Assembly: GCA_965205025.1 (NCBI GenBank)
Contig: CBDBFU010000032.1
Coordinates: 96,001-160,000 of the forward strand
DNA length: 64,000 bases
Direction of reading: 5' to 3'
Origin: Candidatus Poribacteria bacterium
Lineage (GTDB): Bacteria > Poribacteria > WGA-4E > WGA-3G
Each line of letters starts with the position of its first letter. The first letter of the stretch is position 1. The notes under the pieces are model-generated. The model saw only the letters and a program-made list of their open reading frames with translations, was not told where the DNA came from and did not search any database. Positions 1 to 11,917 of this stretch are shown here, piece after piece. A program made the translations under genes and the position numbers.

Positions 1-296
1 CACCTGTTATGGAATTTAACCTACCCCATGTAATTGGCAAATATGCCGAAGTTGCTGAAGCATTAGGGGTGAATGTAGATGGTATGTCCAAAGGTGAGGC
101 AGCATGCGCTGCAATAGATGAAATCCAAGAACTGAACAAAGAACTGAACATGCCAACAGGACTTGGGGAAGCAGGTTTAGACAGAGAAAAACTACCAAAA
201 CTCGCAGCAGATTCAATGCTGGATCACTGCCACAAATTGAATCCGCGACCTTGTACCGAAAGCGACATGCTGAATTTGCTTGAGGCAGCCTTTTAA
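1..296 (+). CDS. Iron-containing alcohol dehydrogenase, C-terminal part (gene starts before the window)
   Basis: C-terminus P.VMEFN...KYAEVAEALG...LNMPTGL...LAADSMLD...NPR is typical of the Fe-ADH family. Confidence 0.8.
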   Translation, partial: PVMEFNLPHVIGKYAEVAEALGVNVDGMSKGEAACAAIDEIQELNKELNMPTGLGEAGLDREKLPKLAADSMLDHCHKLNPRPCTESDMLNLLEAAF

Positions 297-360
297 GAAT
301 CCTTCTTAAACTCACGTTAAATTAAGAAGGTTTAAATGAACATGAATTAAGGATGATATT

Positions 361-3300
361 ATGAAACATATATACACGATTCTGATTATGTTTCTTATAT
401 TAATAGGTTGTGCATCCCAACCTTCCGAATTTGTAGACATACCAGATGAAAGTTTGGCAAAAATCATTCGCCGTGAATTGGATTTGTATACATACGAACC
501 TATACCCAAAGATAGACTAAAAGATCTAACCGAATTAACTATTGGCTATGCGAAACCACATGTAAAAAGTCTAAAAGGGTTAGAATCGGCTATAGGTCTA
601 AAGAAACTAAGGATATATGGTTATTATGAGAAAATAGATATTAGTCCAATACGAAACTTAATAAATCTGACAGAATTAGGTCTATATCAAGTTCCCCTTA
701 AGAATTTAAAAGCATTAAGGAATTTAACCCATTTGCGTGATTTAGGATTTGGGGATAATCGTATAAAGGACATCTCAGCAATCGTCCATTTGAAGAAACT
801 AATAGATCTATATATTGGAAATAATCCAATCACAGATATTACACCACTAAGGGAATTAACAAACCTAACCCGATTAAGCTTTGGACAGAATCCAATTACT
901 GATATCACACCACTAAAGGAATTAACAAACCTGACTCAATTAAGGATGGGAAATAATCAGGTCAGTGATATAAAACCACTTGCTAATCTAAAAAAACTAA
1001 CAACATTAACACTTTATGATAACCATATTAGTGATATAACACCACTATCAGAACTGACAAACCTTACAAAACTAAACATATTTCATAATAAAGTTAAGGA
1101 TATCTCACCACTGGCAGGCTTGACAGAACTAACCGCTTTAGAATTACACAATTCATTCAGTGATATCTCACCCCTTGCCGGTTTAACTAACCTTGTTGAA
1201 CTCGAACTCTATTCCAATGTAATTAGGGATATATCTGCTCTATCAAAATTAACAAAATTGACTGAATTACGTCTTGAGGAAAACTTGATATCCGATATTT
1301 CACCACTATCAGAATTGACTAACCTTACAACGCTTAGACTCCACAACAATCAGATTACTGATATTAAACCCCTGCGTAAATTGACGAATCTCCAATTATT
1401 GGAATTACACAGGAATAAAATCAGTGATGTTTCCCCACTTTCACAGATGAAACAGCTAAAAGGTTTATTCCTGGGTGGTAATCAGATTACAGACGTTACA
1501 CCATTAGTAGGATTATCTCAATTGACCCATTTGGGATTAGAATTCAACAACATTGCTGACATCAGAATTCTTGAAAATTTCAATTCTCTGAAGCAACTGA
1601 ATCTACTACAGAATCCAATACGGGAATTTACACAGATACGGAGATTACGAGAAAATAATCATGGTCTTGATATAAAGGTTCGGAACCCAAACCCAGAAGA
1701 ATGGACGAGAATTTATGGTAGACAGGAAACCCTTGACGGATTACCTTTCGGTGCTGTCCGTCGTCTGGGTAAGGGTGGTATAAATACTATGCTATTCTCA
1801 CCTGATGGCACATTACTTGCTGTCGGTACAGATACTGGTTTGCGTTTATATGAAGTATCTACAGGGAAGGAAATGGATATACCTAAGAAGAATTTTTCAC
1901 AGGTCAATTCCTTAGCATTCTCACATGATGGAAAGATATTAGCAAGTGCGGGTGTATCAAACACAAAAATTCAACTTTGGGATATTCAGAAGCAGATTGC
2001 GTATTATCCTATTCCTGTTCCATCAAATGCGCGGATTAATATGTACCCAATACATACTACACCTACAATGGCTTTTTCAAAAGACAATTCAACCCTCATC
2101 ACCATAAGTCATAATGGACTTATTAATCATTGGGACATACAAACAAGTAATAATATGGCAGCCTTAACTATTAATGCCTATACTCATGAAGGTCCAATGG
2201 CTATAAATTCTGATGGAACTAAATTCGTAAGTGGCCGTTGGGATGGTAAAATTGATCTTTGGAAAACGACAGGTGGTGAGATGGGACATTGGAAGCAGAA
2301 TATTCCTAAACTGAAGAAACCATATAAGACATTAAAAGGACATTCCCGTACCTTTGACAATAATAGTTGGATTGCCAAACTGTTTAAGATTAGAAGGGAT
2401 TCAGATATTATGTCAATCACCTTCTCTCCAGATGGTAAAAAACTTGCTACAGGAAGTATGGACACCGATGTTCAATTGTGGGATGCCGTCAAGAACAAGA
2501 AACTTAAGACATTTCAGGGACATACAGGTTGGGTTACCGCTATAGCAATTTCAAAGGATGGAAAATACCTTGCAAGCGGTGACACAGATAGTGTTGTCCG
2601 AATTTGGGATGCAGATAAAGGTTCTGAATTGGCATTCCTGGAGGAACACAGGAACTGCATTCTATCACTTGCTTTTACACCGGATGGAAAAACACTTGCC
2701 AGTGGAAGCGCGGATGGAACAATACGATTTTGGAATACAAGCACTGGTGAATTAATCTCTGTTTTTGCAAACGATCATACAGAGTCTGTCAGACATGTTG
2801 TATTTTCAGGAAATGGACAAAATATATCGAGGGTTATGTTCAATGGAAAGGTAAAACAAAATGAGATTGAAACAGGAGATGAAATCTATACTTTCACACC
2901 AGATAATAAAGAAATATTGACAGCAACTACAATATCCGCAGACGTTTCACTCTTAGCAACTTATGAGTTAGACCATGTAATAGCATTTAATCATCATGGC
3001 ACAAAGACTAAAATGAGATACCATAGATATGAAATTCCTCGTGGATATACAACCTACAAAAAAGAAAATGAAATTTCATTATGGAATTTACTGAGTGGCG
3101 AGAAACACAGTTCTATCATCGGAGGACGAGGCATGGTCATCTCTCCCGATAACAGTATACTCGCCAGTAGAACATCCGATAAAATACGATTATGGGATAT
3201 TGAGAAAGAAATTGAACGTTCTCCTATAATAACCGATAATGAATCTTTTCTGTTTTCTCCTGATGGTTCACTACTAATAATTGAGGGAGACCCTTTTGAT

Positions 3301-3774
3301 AAATCAGCACAGATATTTGATGTAAAAAAACAGCAAAATATCGCCACAATACATCAACGATGTGAACCTTTAGCATTCTCACCTGACGGTTCGAAGCTTG
3401 TCTGTAAGAGTGGTTTTGGAGGTTATATATTAGACCTTACAATTCCAACCGAACCGCATATTTTCGACGAGATAGATTTATTTATAACCAATATCTATGC
3501 GGCTACATTTTCCCCAGACAATACAATTCTCTTAGATACAGCATATCTGTTATATGACTGGTATAGTCACGCGGAGATTCAATTGTGGGATATGGATACA
3601 GGAGAAAAACTACATAAACTCCACGGACATACAGAACCGATAAATTCTCTTACATTTTCTCCTGATGGAAAAACGCTTGCCAGTGCTTCTGAAGACGGTA
3701 CCGTTCTGCTATGGGATTGGGATGAAATAATGGCAGATGTTATTCTTGAAAATAGATATCCAAATGATCGTTAG
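361..3774 (+). CDS. Lipoprotein with internalin-like leucine-rich repeats fused to WD40 beta-propellers
   Basis: Lipobox LIGC; about 15 22-aa LRRs (LTNLTxLxLxxNxIxDISPL); then LPFGAVRRLGKG and WD40 repeats (FSPDGKTLASGSxDGTIRxW). Confidence 0.9.
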   Translation: MKHIYTILIMFLILIGCASQPSEFVDIPDESLAKIIRRELDLYTYEPIPKDRLKDLTELTIGYAKPHVKSLKGLESAIGLKKLRIYGYYEKIDISPIRNLINLTELGLYQVPLKNLKALRNLTHLRDLGFGDNRIKDISAIVHLKKLIDLYIGNNPITDITPLRELTNLTRLSFGQNPITDITPLKELTNLTQLRMGNNQVSDIKPLANLKKLTTLTLYDNHISDITPLSELTNLTKLNIFHNKVKDISPLAGLTELTALELHNSFSDISPLAGLTNLVELELYSNVIRDISALSKLTKLTELRLEENLISDISPLSELTNLTTLRLHNNQITDIKPLRKLTNLQLLELHRNKISDVSPLSQMKQLKGLFLGGNQITDVTPLVGLSQLTHLGLEFNNIADIRILENFNSLKQLNLLQNPIREFTQIRRLRENNHGLDIKVRNPNPEEWTRIYGRQETLDGLPFGAVRRLGKGGINTMLFSPDGTLLAVGTDTGLRLYEVSTGKEMDIPKKNFSQVNSLAFSHDGKILASAGVSNTKIQLWDIQKQIAYYPIPVPSNARINMYPIHTTPTMAFSKDNSTLITISHNGLINHWDIQTSNNMAALTINAYTHEGPMAINSDGTKFVSGRWDGKIDLWKTTGGEMGHWKQNIPKLKKPYKTLKGHSRTFDNNSWIAKLFKIRRDSDIMSITFSPDGKKLATGSMDTDVQLWDAVKNKKLKTFQGHTGWVTAIAISKDGKYLASGDTDSVVRIWDADKGSELAFLEEHRNCILSLAFTPDGKTLASGSADGTIRFWNTSTGELISVFANDHTESVRHVVFSGNGQNISRVMFNGKVKQNEIETGDEIYTFTPDNKEILTATTISADVSLLATYELDHVIAFNHHGTKTKMRYHRYEIPRGYTTYKKENEISLWNLLSGEKHSSIIGGRGMVISPDNSILASRTSDKIRLWDIEKEIERSPIITDNESFLFSPDGSLLIIEGDPFDKSAQIFDVKKQQNIATIHQRCEPLAFSPDGSKLVCKSGFGGYILDLTIPTEPHIFDEIDLFITNIYAATFSPDNTILLDTAYLLYDWYSHAEIQLWDMDTGEKLHKLHGHTEPINSLTFSPDGKTLASASEDGTVLLWDWDEIMADVILENRYPNDR

Positions 3775-3845
3775 TCTTGTTAGGAAGGATCTTATCAAAA
3801 AGTATACTTTGATAGGATTTCATACGTCCTGAAATAGGTAGATCT

Positions 3846-6062
3846 CTATAACGAGTTGAGATTAATTGGAACAATCCAACCCTTGGTATTCGCTGGTTTA
3901 TAGATCTTCCCTTGCAGATAATCGGATGTGTGCCATATACAGAGATGATTTCCATCAGGCATCCATACCATTGATGCAAGTTTCATTGAAGTACGCGCAA
4001 TAGGATATTTCTTACCACTATCCAGATCATAAATCCATACTTTCCATCGCAATCCAAAACAATCTTCTCGTTCTAAATATGCTAACAGATTGCCGTTTGG
4101 TGACCAAGCAGGCATTGTGTGATTGAGAATCTGATGTTTTGATACCTCTTTGTTGACATCAGCAATGTATAGTCGTTTATCGTAAACTGCGTCTGTCTTA
4201 TTACTTCCTGAAAGCACATAAGTAATACGGTTCCCATCAGATGACCATCTAATTTGACGGGCGTTTTGATGACGACTTCCAAAGTGTTTTATATTTTCTC
4301 CATCTACACCTTGTATTCGAACTGCAGCATATTTTACAGGCATGTTGCCAACTCTTGTTTCATGGACACTCTCGAATGCAACCCTATCCCCATCTGGGGA
4401 CCAGGTAGGAGGATGTAGATAAGTATAGTTATAACGAGATGTCTTATATTTACCGCGTGCAATGTTCTTGCCTCCGCTACCATCACTATTTATACGATAA
4501 ACATAATCGGAACCTTTCTCACGTCGTCTAAATGCCAATTGGTTGGCAACAGGTGACCATGCTGGAGCAGCACCTCGGACCAATTTTCTTATCTCTCCTA
4601 ATTTCCAATCTACAGTATAAATATAACCCTCATTATCTACATCTACCTCAAACGCCAATAGTCGACTATCCAATGACCAAGATACATAGGGATTGTAGAA
4701 ATCACCTGAATATAGTTGTTTCGCTTGTTTCCCATTTTTGTCCATTATCCACAGTTCATGTGCTTTCCAATAACTTCCACTTAGATCGTTCCTCTTTAGC
4801 ATTGCAACATATTCACCATTTGGACTCCAAGATGGATATTCTGCCCCATCAATTAGATCTAAAAGTTGAGGTGTTCCACAGAAGTTTGTATTGAACAGTA
4901 TACCTTCAGTTTCTTCGAATTGTCCAAAGGCAAGTTTATCCAACCAAGCGAGTTCTTTATTAGGTAATAAAACCTGATACCAATCCCCTAAAGTGTTGAA
5001 TATTGGTAATTTTCTCCCATCATTGAGAAGAAACAGTGGAGAAGATTCGTCTTTTTTATTATATACAGGTGCGTTATCTTTTGCTACCAGACCATATATA
5101 CGATGACTGTCGATTGAAACAATGCTGTCTGAATCATTGGAAAATGCATAAACCGTTCCATCTAAAGATGTGATATAGAGTATACCGTTTGAAATAGCAG
5201 GTGCAGCATCCACAGGTCCACCGACTTGATGTGTCCATATCTCAGTCTTAGACCTTGCATCAAATGCATGAATCTTCCCTGTTCGGGACCCAATATAGAC
5301 ATAACCATTTGCGATAACAGGAAAACTCTTACTGGCTTCTGTATTACTCCGCCATACATTCGCGTTATATTGAGCATTGATTGGACTAAACTCCGCATTT
5401 GCACAACGATATCCGATCCCATTTATTGAAACAGAGTTCTTCCGTTCCGATGTAATTTTACCCGTAATTGCATCCAATAGATATATATGTGTAGGAAACG
5501 TACCAGCATATACTATTCCATCAAATACAACAGGAGGTGAATCCATCCAACTCTTCGATTTGAATTCCCAAAGTTTGTCTCCTGACATCGCATCAAGGGC
5601 AATTATTCTATGATCCCTTGTATTGAAGAATACCCGTCCACCCCATATAGCGGCCGAATATCTGATTGCACTTTGGGCATTAAATACCCATTTGATTTCC
5701 CACTCTTTGGCATTAAGGGCATAGAGTTTACCATCCTCAGATCCGATATATACGATTCCGTATGCAACTGCCGGGGATGCATTAATTGGACCACCTGTCT
5801 TAAATTTCCATAACTGATTGAGTGGTGGTTTTAAGCTCTTATCTGGACTACGACCTGAAAACTGTAGATCGTTCATGAACATAGACCAATCCAAGGCACC
5901 AGTATGTATAATTGCTGGGGCATGAACTTCAGGAGATTCTGCTTTAGGTGTTTGGGCAGGAGATCGTTCAGGTTTGTCTTGAGGATTACAACTGTGAAAG
6001 AAGTGACAGAGAACAAACAAAAATAGAAGTGATATGACTTTGTTGAAGTGGGACATAGACAC
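3846..6062 (-). CDS. Secreted PQQ/BamB-like beta-propeller + SH3-like + TolB/PD40 propeller protein
   Basis: Signal peptide with Cys; repeats WKFKTGGPINASPAV..G.VYIGS.DGKLYAL; GDWYQV SH3-like segment; C-terminal PxWSPxG repeats. Start may be the ATG at 6056. Confidence 0.8.
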   Translation of the reverse strand: MSMSHFNKVISLLFLFVLCHFFHSCNPQDKPERSPAQTPKAESPEVHAPAIIHTGALDWSMFMNDLQFSGRSPDKSLKPPLNQLWKFKTGGPINASPAVAYGIVYIGSEDGKLYALNAKEWEIKWVFNAQSAIRYSAAIWGGRVFFNTRDHRIIALDAMSGDKLWEFKSKSWMDSPPVVFDGIVYAGTFPTHIYLLDAITGKITSERKNSVSINGIGYRCANAEFSPINAQYNANVWRSNTEASKSFPVIANGYVYIGSRTGKIHAFDARSKTEIWTHQVGGPVDAAPAISNGILYITSLDGTVYAFSNDSDSIVSIDSHRIYGLVAKDNAPVYNKKDESSPLFLLNDGRKLPIFNTLGDWYQVLLPNKELAWLDKLAFGQFEETEGILFNTNFCGTPQLLDLIDGAEYPSWSPNGEYVAMLKRNDLSGSYWKAHELWIMDKNGKQAKQLYSGDFYNPYVSWSLDSRLLAFEVDVDNEGYIYTVDWKLGEIRKLVRGAAPAWSPVANQLAFRRREKGSDYVYRINSDGSGGKNIARGKYKTSRYNYTYLHPPTWSPDGDRVAFESVHETRVGNMPVKYAAVRIQGVDGENIKHFGSRHQNARQIRWSSDGNRITYVLSGSNKTDAVYDKRLYIADVNKEVSKHQILNHTMPAWSPNGNLLAYLEREDCFGLRWKVWIYDLDSGKKYPIARTSMKLASMVWMPDGNHLCIWHTSDYLQGKIYKPANTKGWIVPINLNSL

Positions 6063-6091
6063 GGAATTAGCGATGTTGGTAGTAAATTGAG

Positions 6092-6176
6092 GTAACGAAA
6101 ATCCGTTACACTAATATAGCATGTTGGAAATGTTGTGTCAAGTTTACTTGAAAATCGCTAAAAATTGTGGTAAAAT
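6092..6176. promoter_or_regulatory. Back-to-back sigma70-type promoters with a palindromic candidate operator
   Basis: Plus strand: TTGAAA(6148-53)-17-TAAAAT(6171-76). Minus strand: TTGACA(6141-36)-17-TATATT(6118-13) with an extended TG. Palindrome GTAACG-N6-CGTTAC at 6092-6109. Confidence 0.65.
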
Positions 6177-6215
6177 TCTTCTTTTATGACAAGAATAGAT
6201 GTCAAGTAATAGACA

Positions 6216-7478
6216 GTGAGTATTATGAATAAATTATTGGCAGAAGTTGATCCACAGGTTGTTGAAATTACCGCCAAGGACTTGGCACGACAACAAAATA
6301 CCTTGATGTTAATTCCATCGGAGAACTATGCCAGCCGCGCAGTGATGGAAATACAGGGGAGTATCCTTGCCAACAAATATGCGGAAGGATATCCAGGTGA
6401 GCGCTACTATAACGGATGCGAGTTTATGGATGATGTCGAATCGCTTGCTATTGAACGTGCTAAAGCACTTTTCGGTGCTGAACATGTCAATGTACAACCC
6501 CACGCTGGGAGTCAAGCGAATATGGCAGTCTACCATGCACTTCTTGAACCGGGAGATACCATTCTTGGTATGTCTCTTAGTCAAGGTGGACATCTCACCC
6601 ATGGTGCCACTGTAAATTTCTCAGGAAACCTATACAACATTGCAGCATACGGTGTGAATGCTGATACCGAACTGATTGACATGGATGAGGTAGGTCGTTT
6701 GGCAAAAGAGCATCACCCCAAACTTATTGTTGTGGGAGCAACAGCCTACCCACGTCATTTTGACTTTGCAGCATGGCGACAGGTTGCCGATTCAGTAGGC
6801 GCATTTTTGTTGACAGATATAGCACATATTGCAGGTCTTATCGCTGGTGGTGCACATCCTGATCCTGTTCCCTATAGCGATGTGGTAACAACAACCACCC
6901 ATAAAACTCTTCGCGGACCTCGCGGGGCAATGATTATGTGTAAGGCTGAATATGCGGATAAAATTGATCGTGCTGTATTTCCCGGATTACAAGGTGGACC
7001 TTTTCTACATACAATCGCTGCAAGAGCTGTTGCATTCAAAGAAGCAAGCGAACCAGAATTCAAAACATATCAAGAACAAATAGTTAAAAACGCAAAAGCA
7101 CTCGCAGCACGGCTCATTGAAAATGGGTTTCGATTAGTTAGTGGGGGAACAGATAATCATCTAATGTTAATAGACCTTACATCGAAATATGAGAAAATGA
7201 GTGGACGACAAGCTGCAGATCATTTGGAAGATGCCGGTATAATTGTCAATAAGAATACAATTCCATTCGATAAAAGGAAACCAAAGACAACCAGTGGACT
7301 ACGACTTGGTACACCAATGGTCACCACACGTGGAATGGAAGAAGATGCTATGGTACAAATTGCAGATTTTATTACTGAGGCACTTGAGGGAAGACAGAAA
7401 AACTCTATTAAACAGCGTATCCAAGATAAGGTTAAGGAATTTTGCGCGCAATTCCCTATTTATGAATATCTGAATTAA
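6216..7478 (+). CDS. glyA: Serine hydroxymethyltransferase
   Basis: [28 protein letters not shown] and the PLP-lysine motif [12 protein letters not shown]. Confidence 0.98.
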   Translation: MSIMNKLLAEVDPQVVEITAKDLARQQNTLMLIPSENYASRAVMEIQGSILANKYAEGYPGERYYNGCEFMDDVESLAIERAKALFGAEHVNVQPHAGSQANMAVYHALLEPGDTILGMSLSQGGHLTHGATVNFSGNLYNIAAYGVNADTELIDMDEVGRLAKEHHPKLIVVGATAYPRHFDFAAWRQVADSVGAFLLTDIAHIAGLIAGGAHPDPVPYSDVVTTTTHKTLRGPRGAMIMCKAEYADKIDRAVFPGLQGGPFLHTIAARAVAFKEASEPEFKTYQEQIVKNAKALAARLIENGFRLVSGGTDNHLMLIDLTSKYEKMSGRQAADHLEDAGIIVNKNTIPFDKRKPKTTSGLRLGTPMVTTRGMEEDAMVQIADFITEALEGRQKNSIKQRIQDKVKEFCAQFPIYEYLN

Positions 7479-7516
7479 GTACAGTAGGTATACCCAAAAG
7501 GGAAATACTAAAGAAA

Positions 7517-8899
7517 TTGCACTATAACGCTGCACTCGCCTATATTGAGCAGTTCATTGACTATGAAAGAAGTCCTGACTTTTCTCGACAGGCACGATTC
7601 TATAATCTAAATCGTATATCCCAATTACTTGAACTGCTTGGTAACCCACACGAAAAATTGAAAGTTGTCCATGTAGCAGGGAGTAAGGGTAAAGGGTCAA
7701 CTGCTGCAATCATCGCATCTATCCTAACACATGCAGGCTATAAGACAGGTTTATTTACATCACCACATCTTATTACGCCACGTGAACGATGTCGTATTGA
7801 TAATGACCTGATTTCTGAAGAAGAATTTGCACACTATCTTAAAAAAATAAGAACCGCAATTGAAACCGTTTCCAACTCAGAATACGGAAGAGTTTCATTT
7901 TTTGAGATATATACAGCACTCGCTTTTACCTATTTTGTGGATAAAGAAACAGACTTCGCTGTAATTGAAGTTGGGTTAGGCGGTCGACTTGATGCAACAA
8001 ATGTCGTATCACCGGTCATATCTGTCATTACTCCGATAGGGTTAGAACATACGGAGATATTGGGAGAGACTTATTTTGAAATAGCAGGCGAAAAAGCAGA
8101 AATCATCAAGGATGGATGTCCTGTGGCACTTGCCCCCCAACACCCGGATGCTCATAGAGTTTTCGATCAAGTTGCAAATGAGCGAAATTCACCTACAATT
8201 AAAGTAAAGAATATTGATGATCAAGACACTTATAAAATAAATATTAAGCATAAACTCGATTCTGAAAGAATACCTATAGCACAGCAATTTGATATAATAA
8301 CGAATTCGGATAGTTATCAAGGTCTTATATTATCTCTGATCGGATACCATCAGTATGTAAATGCTGCGACTGCAATTGCAGCGATTGAATGTTTAGAATT
8401 ACAAGGATATACAATTAAGAAAGAATCCATGTATGAAGGATTTCGAAATGTACAGTGGGATGGTCGTCTTCAAAGGATGAAATCTTCACCACTTGTAATT
8501 CTGGATGGAGCACATTCTCCTGTTTCGATGGAAGCACTAACACGCTCCATTCGCAATACATACCGTTACGCGCAAGTGGTTTTCATCGTTAGTTTAATGA
8601 GAGATAAAGATATTGCTGAAATTGGAAGAATCATCTCAAAAATTGCGGATTCCGTTGTAATCACACAAGTTTCAGATAACCCACGTGTCATACCAGCAGA
8701 TATTATCAAAAATACTTGGACAGACATTTGCATGAAAGTAGATACATGTCCAAACCCAGAAGAAGCAATAACAATAGAATTAGCAAACGCATCACCGACA
8801 GACTTAATATGTATTACAGGTTCACTCTACCTTGTCGGACAAGCACTTGAATTGTTCAAAACGAAATATGAACTAAAAAGAGAGGTTATTAATGCGTGA
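7517..8899 (+). CDS. folC: Folylpolyglutamate synthase/dihydrofolate synthase
   Basis: HVAGSKGKGST, FTSPHL, EVGLGGRLDATNV and ILDGAH motifs. Confidence 0.95.
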   Translation: MHYNAALAYIEQFIDYERSPDFSRQARFYNLNRISQLLELLGNPHEKLKVVHVAGSKGKGSTAAIIASILTHAGYKTGLFTSPHLITPRERCRIDNDLISEEEFAHYLKKIRTAIETVSNSEYGRVSFFEIYTALAFTYFVDKETDFAVIEVGLGGRLDATNVVSPVISVITPIGLEHTEILGETYFEIAGEKAEIIKDGCPVALAPQHPDAHRVFDQVANERNSPTIKVKNIDDQDTYKINIKHKLDSERIPIAQQFDIITNSDSYQGLILSLIGYHQYVNAATAIAAIECLELQGYTIKKESMYEGFRNVQWDGRLQRMKSSPLVILDGAHSPVSMEALTRSIRNTYRYAQVVFIVSLMRDKDIAEIGRIISKIADSVVITQVSDNPRVIPADIIKNTWTDICMKVDTCPNPEEAITIELANASPTDLICITGSLYLVGQALELFKTKYELKREVINA

Positions 8900-11259
8900 A
8901 ATTAATTGCCAAAGAAGGTGGCTAAATTGGAAGTTATTTTTAACATGCTTACCCATATTTAGTTTAGCCACCACGGCTTTTGGCCAAACACCAACAGACC
9001 CTCACCCACCAATTCCAGGTATTTGGTGGATTGCCCCTATTGGGGCACTCATTGCTTTAGTTTTTGCATACTTTTTTTACCGCTCCGTGATGAAACAGGA
9101 CGAAGGTAATGAAACTATGCAGGATATTGCACAATCTGTTCGTGAGGGCGCAATGGCGTATCTCAGACAACAGTATAAAGTCGTAGGAATTGTTTTCGCT
9201 GTTCTCTGCATCATTTTTATCTTCATGGCTTTTATCCTTAAAGCACAAAATGAAGTCATCCCGTTTGCCTTCCTTACAGGAGGGTTTTTCTCTGGTCTAT
9301 GCGGTTTCCTTGGAATGAAAACCGCTACGAATGCTTCCGCACGCACCACAAGTGCTGCTATGCAGGGACTCAACTCCGGTTTAAAGGTGTCGTTCCGGGC
9401 AGGTGCGGTCATGGGATTGATAGTCGTAGGGTTTGCACTCTTGGATATTACTGGATGGTTTTTGATATTATATTACTTATTCCCAAAAATATTACCAAAT
9501 TTCTTAGGGGATAACCCACTACCCCAAATAACAGTTATTATGCTCAGTTTTGGTATGGGTGCTTCAACACAAGCTCTGTTTGCACGTGTAGGAGGTGGAA
9601 TCTATACAAAAGCTGCAGATGTTGGCGCTGATCTTGTCGGAAAGGTTGAAGCAGGGATTCCTGAAGATGATCCTCGAAATCCTGCTACAATTGCTGATAA
9701 TGTTGGCGATAATGTCGGAGATGTCGCAGGTATGGGTGCTGATCTCTACGAATCATACGCAGGCTCAATCCTTGCTACCGCTGCCCTTGGGGTTGCTGCT
9801 ATTGCTGCAAAAGAACATGATAACCTATTACTCCAGTTGAAATATCTATCTGCTCCTATGATTATTGCGGGTATAGGTGTAATCCTATCAATCATTGGTA
9901 TTTATATGGTACGCACAAAAGAAGGTGCAACCATGCGTCAGTTAATGGGTTCACTCAACCTTGGTATAAATGGGAGTGCTTTAGGTATTGCTATAGTTTC
10001 TCTACCTGTCTTGATTTATCTTGATCTTCCGAATAAATGGCAGATTTGGGGTGCAATTGTTACAGGACTTGTAGCAGGAATAATTATCGGTAAAGTTACC
10101 GAGATATTTACCTCACATGAATATAAACCTACACGTGCCATAGCAAAACAGGCACAAACTGGTCCAGCAACAGTTATTATAGAAGGTATTGCTGTCGGCA
10201 TGGAATCAACTGCAATCCCTGTGATAACGATAATCGCTGGTGTTGCCATAAGCTACTATCTGCCGGGGGGAACGAATGAACCATTGATGGGACTTTACGG
10301 TGTCGGTATCGCTGCAGTCGGTATGTTGGCAACCCTGGGGGATCACTCTTGCTACGGATGCTTACGGTCCAATCGCTGATAACGCCGGTGGAAATGCTGA
10401 GATGTCTCAGCTTGACGAGAGTGTTAGAGGACGTACAGATCAATTGGATGCACTCGGAAATACCACTGCCGCAACAGGTAAAGGTTTTGCTATTGGTTCA
10501 GCAGCACTCACTGCCCTGGCACTTCTTGCTGCATATCTTGAAGAGATACGATACGGTCTTATCCATTTAGCAGGAAAAACCCAATTGGAGATTCCAGGTG
10601 AAGGGAGTGTTGATACATTAAAGGTTTCTGTAAGCCAATTTATGGATTACTATAATGTAACTTTGATGAATCCTCAAGTTCTCATAGGATTGTTCATCGG
10701 TGCTGTCATGGCGTTCTACTTCTGTGCATTAACAATGAAAGCTGTTGGACGCGCAGCGGGTGCTATGGTAGAAGAGGTGCGTCGTCAATTCCGTGAAAAA
10801 CCGGGTATTATGGAAGGCACAGAAAAACCGGATTACGCAAGGTGTGTTGAGATCTCCACTGCTGGAGCACAACGCGAGATGATATACCCATCCCTAATTG
10901 CTATTATTGTTCCTGTCGCTGTCGGATTACTCTTCAATGTCGCTGGTGTTCTTGGACTACTTGCAGGTGGATTAGCTTCAGGTTTCGTTTTGGCAATCAT
11001 GATGGCAAATGCTGGCGGTGCTTGGGACAATGCTAAGAAGTTCATTGAAGAAGGTAGTCATGAAGAAGAATACGGTGGAAAAGGATCTGAACAGCACAAA
11101 GCAACTATTGTAGGTGATACTGTTGGTGATCCGTTTAAAGATACTTCCGGTCCTTCTCTAAACATCCTTATCAAGTTAATGTCTATGGTCTCAGTAGTTT
11201 TTGCAGGTCTTATCGCAAAATATGGTCATGTAGTTAGCACTTGGATTGGAATGCAGTAA
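8892..11259 (+). pseudogene. hppA: Membrane-bound K+-dependent (Na+/H+)-translocating pyrophosphatase, split by a +1 frameshift at G5 (10337-10341)
   Basis: GGGIYTKAADVGADLVGKVE and DNVGDNVGD in ORF 8892-10379; [27 protein letters not shown] and [14 protein letters not shown] in ORF 10300-11259. Removing one G restores [13 protein letters not shown]. May be a sequencing error. Confidence 0.9.
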
Positions 11260-11301
11260 AATTAGTTACCTGTTTCAATTGGATAAAATGGAGAATTAAG
11301 T

Positions 11302-11808
11302 ATGAGAATCAGAAATAATATCAGTATCATTCTATGCTTTTTAGTCTTCTGCACAATTGCATGTGAAAAATCACCGAATGCTATGAAGGATACTCTATCT
11401 GTCTCTAACGACAATACAGAACCTATAGACACAATTTATACTGGTAATGTAGTTATTGGCGAGATGGATAAGAAGTATGGTATTGATCCTTTCGAACTCA
11501 ATTCCGCTGTGATACAAGATGATTTCTTGAAAGTCAACGTGTCCTATAGTGGTGGATGCAAAATCCACGAATTTACTTTGGTTTCATCAGGTGTATTTCT
11601 TGAATCACATCCTGTACAACTCATGGTTTCTATTGCTCATAATGCCAATAACGACTCGTGTGAAGCATACCCCACTGAAGATTACAGTTTTGATCTAACA
11701 CCTATCAAGACAATATATCAGAAAGCTTACCAACAGGATGCAGGTACGATTGTAATTCGTCTCAAAGATTATACCAACGGGGACCTTGTCTACAAATTTG
11801 ACAACTAA
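11302..11808 (+). CDS. Putative lipoprotein (NigD C-terminal-like beta-sandwich)
   Basis: Lipobox TIAC; motifs VSYSGGCK.HEF and HNANNDSCEA. Confidence 0.6.
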   Translation: MRIRNNISIILCFLVFCTIACEKSPNAMKDTLSVSNDNTEPIDTIYTGNVVIGEMDKKYGIDPFELNSAVIQDDFLKVNVSYSGGCKIHEFTLVSSGVFLESHPVQLMVSIAHNANNDSCEAYPTEDYSFDLTPIKTIYQKAYQQDAGTIVIRLKDYTNGDLVYKFDN

Positions 11809-11917
11809 ACCTATCTTAGAGATAATTATCAACCATTAGAACTATAAGAATTTCAAATTCTACTTTAACAGTCCTATCTCTACACCCGTTTTATAAACTC
11901 TTAGGAGAATACAGAAA

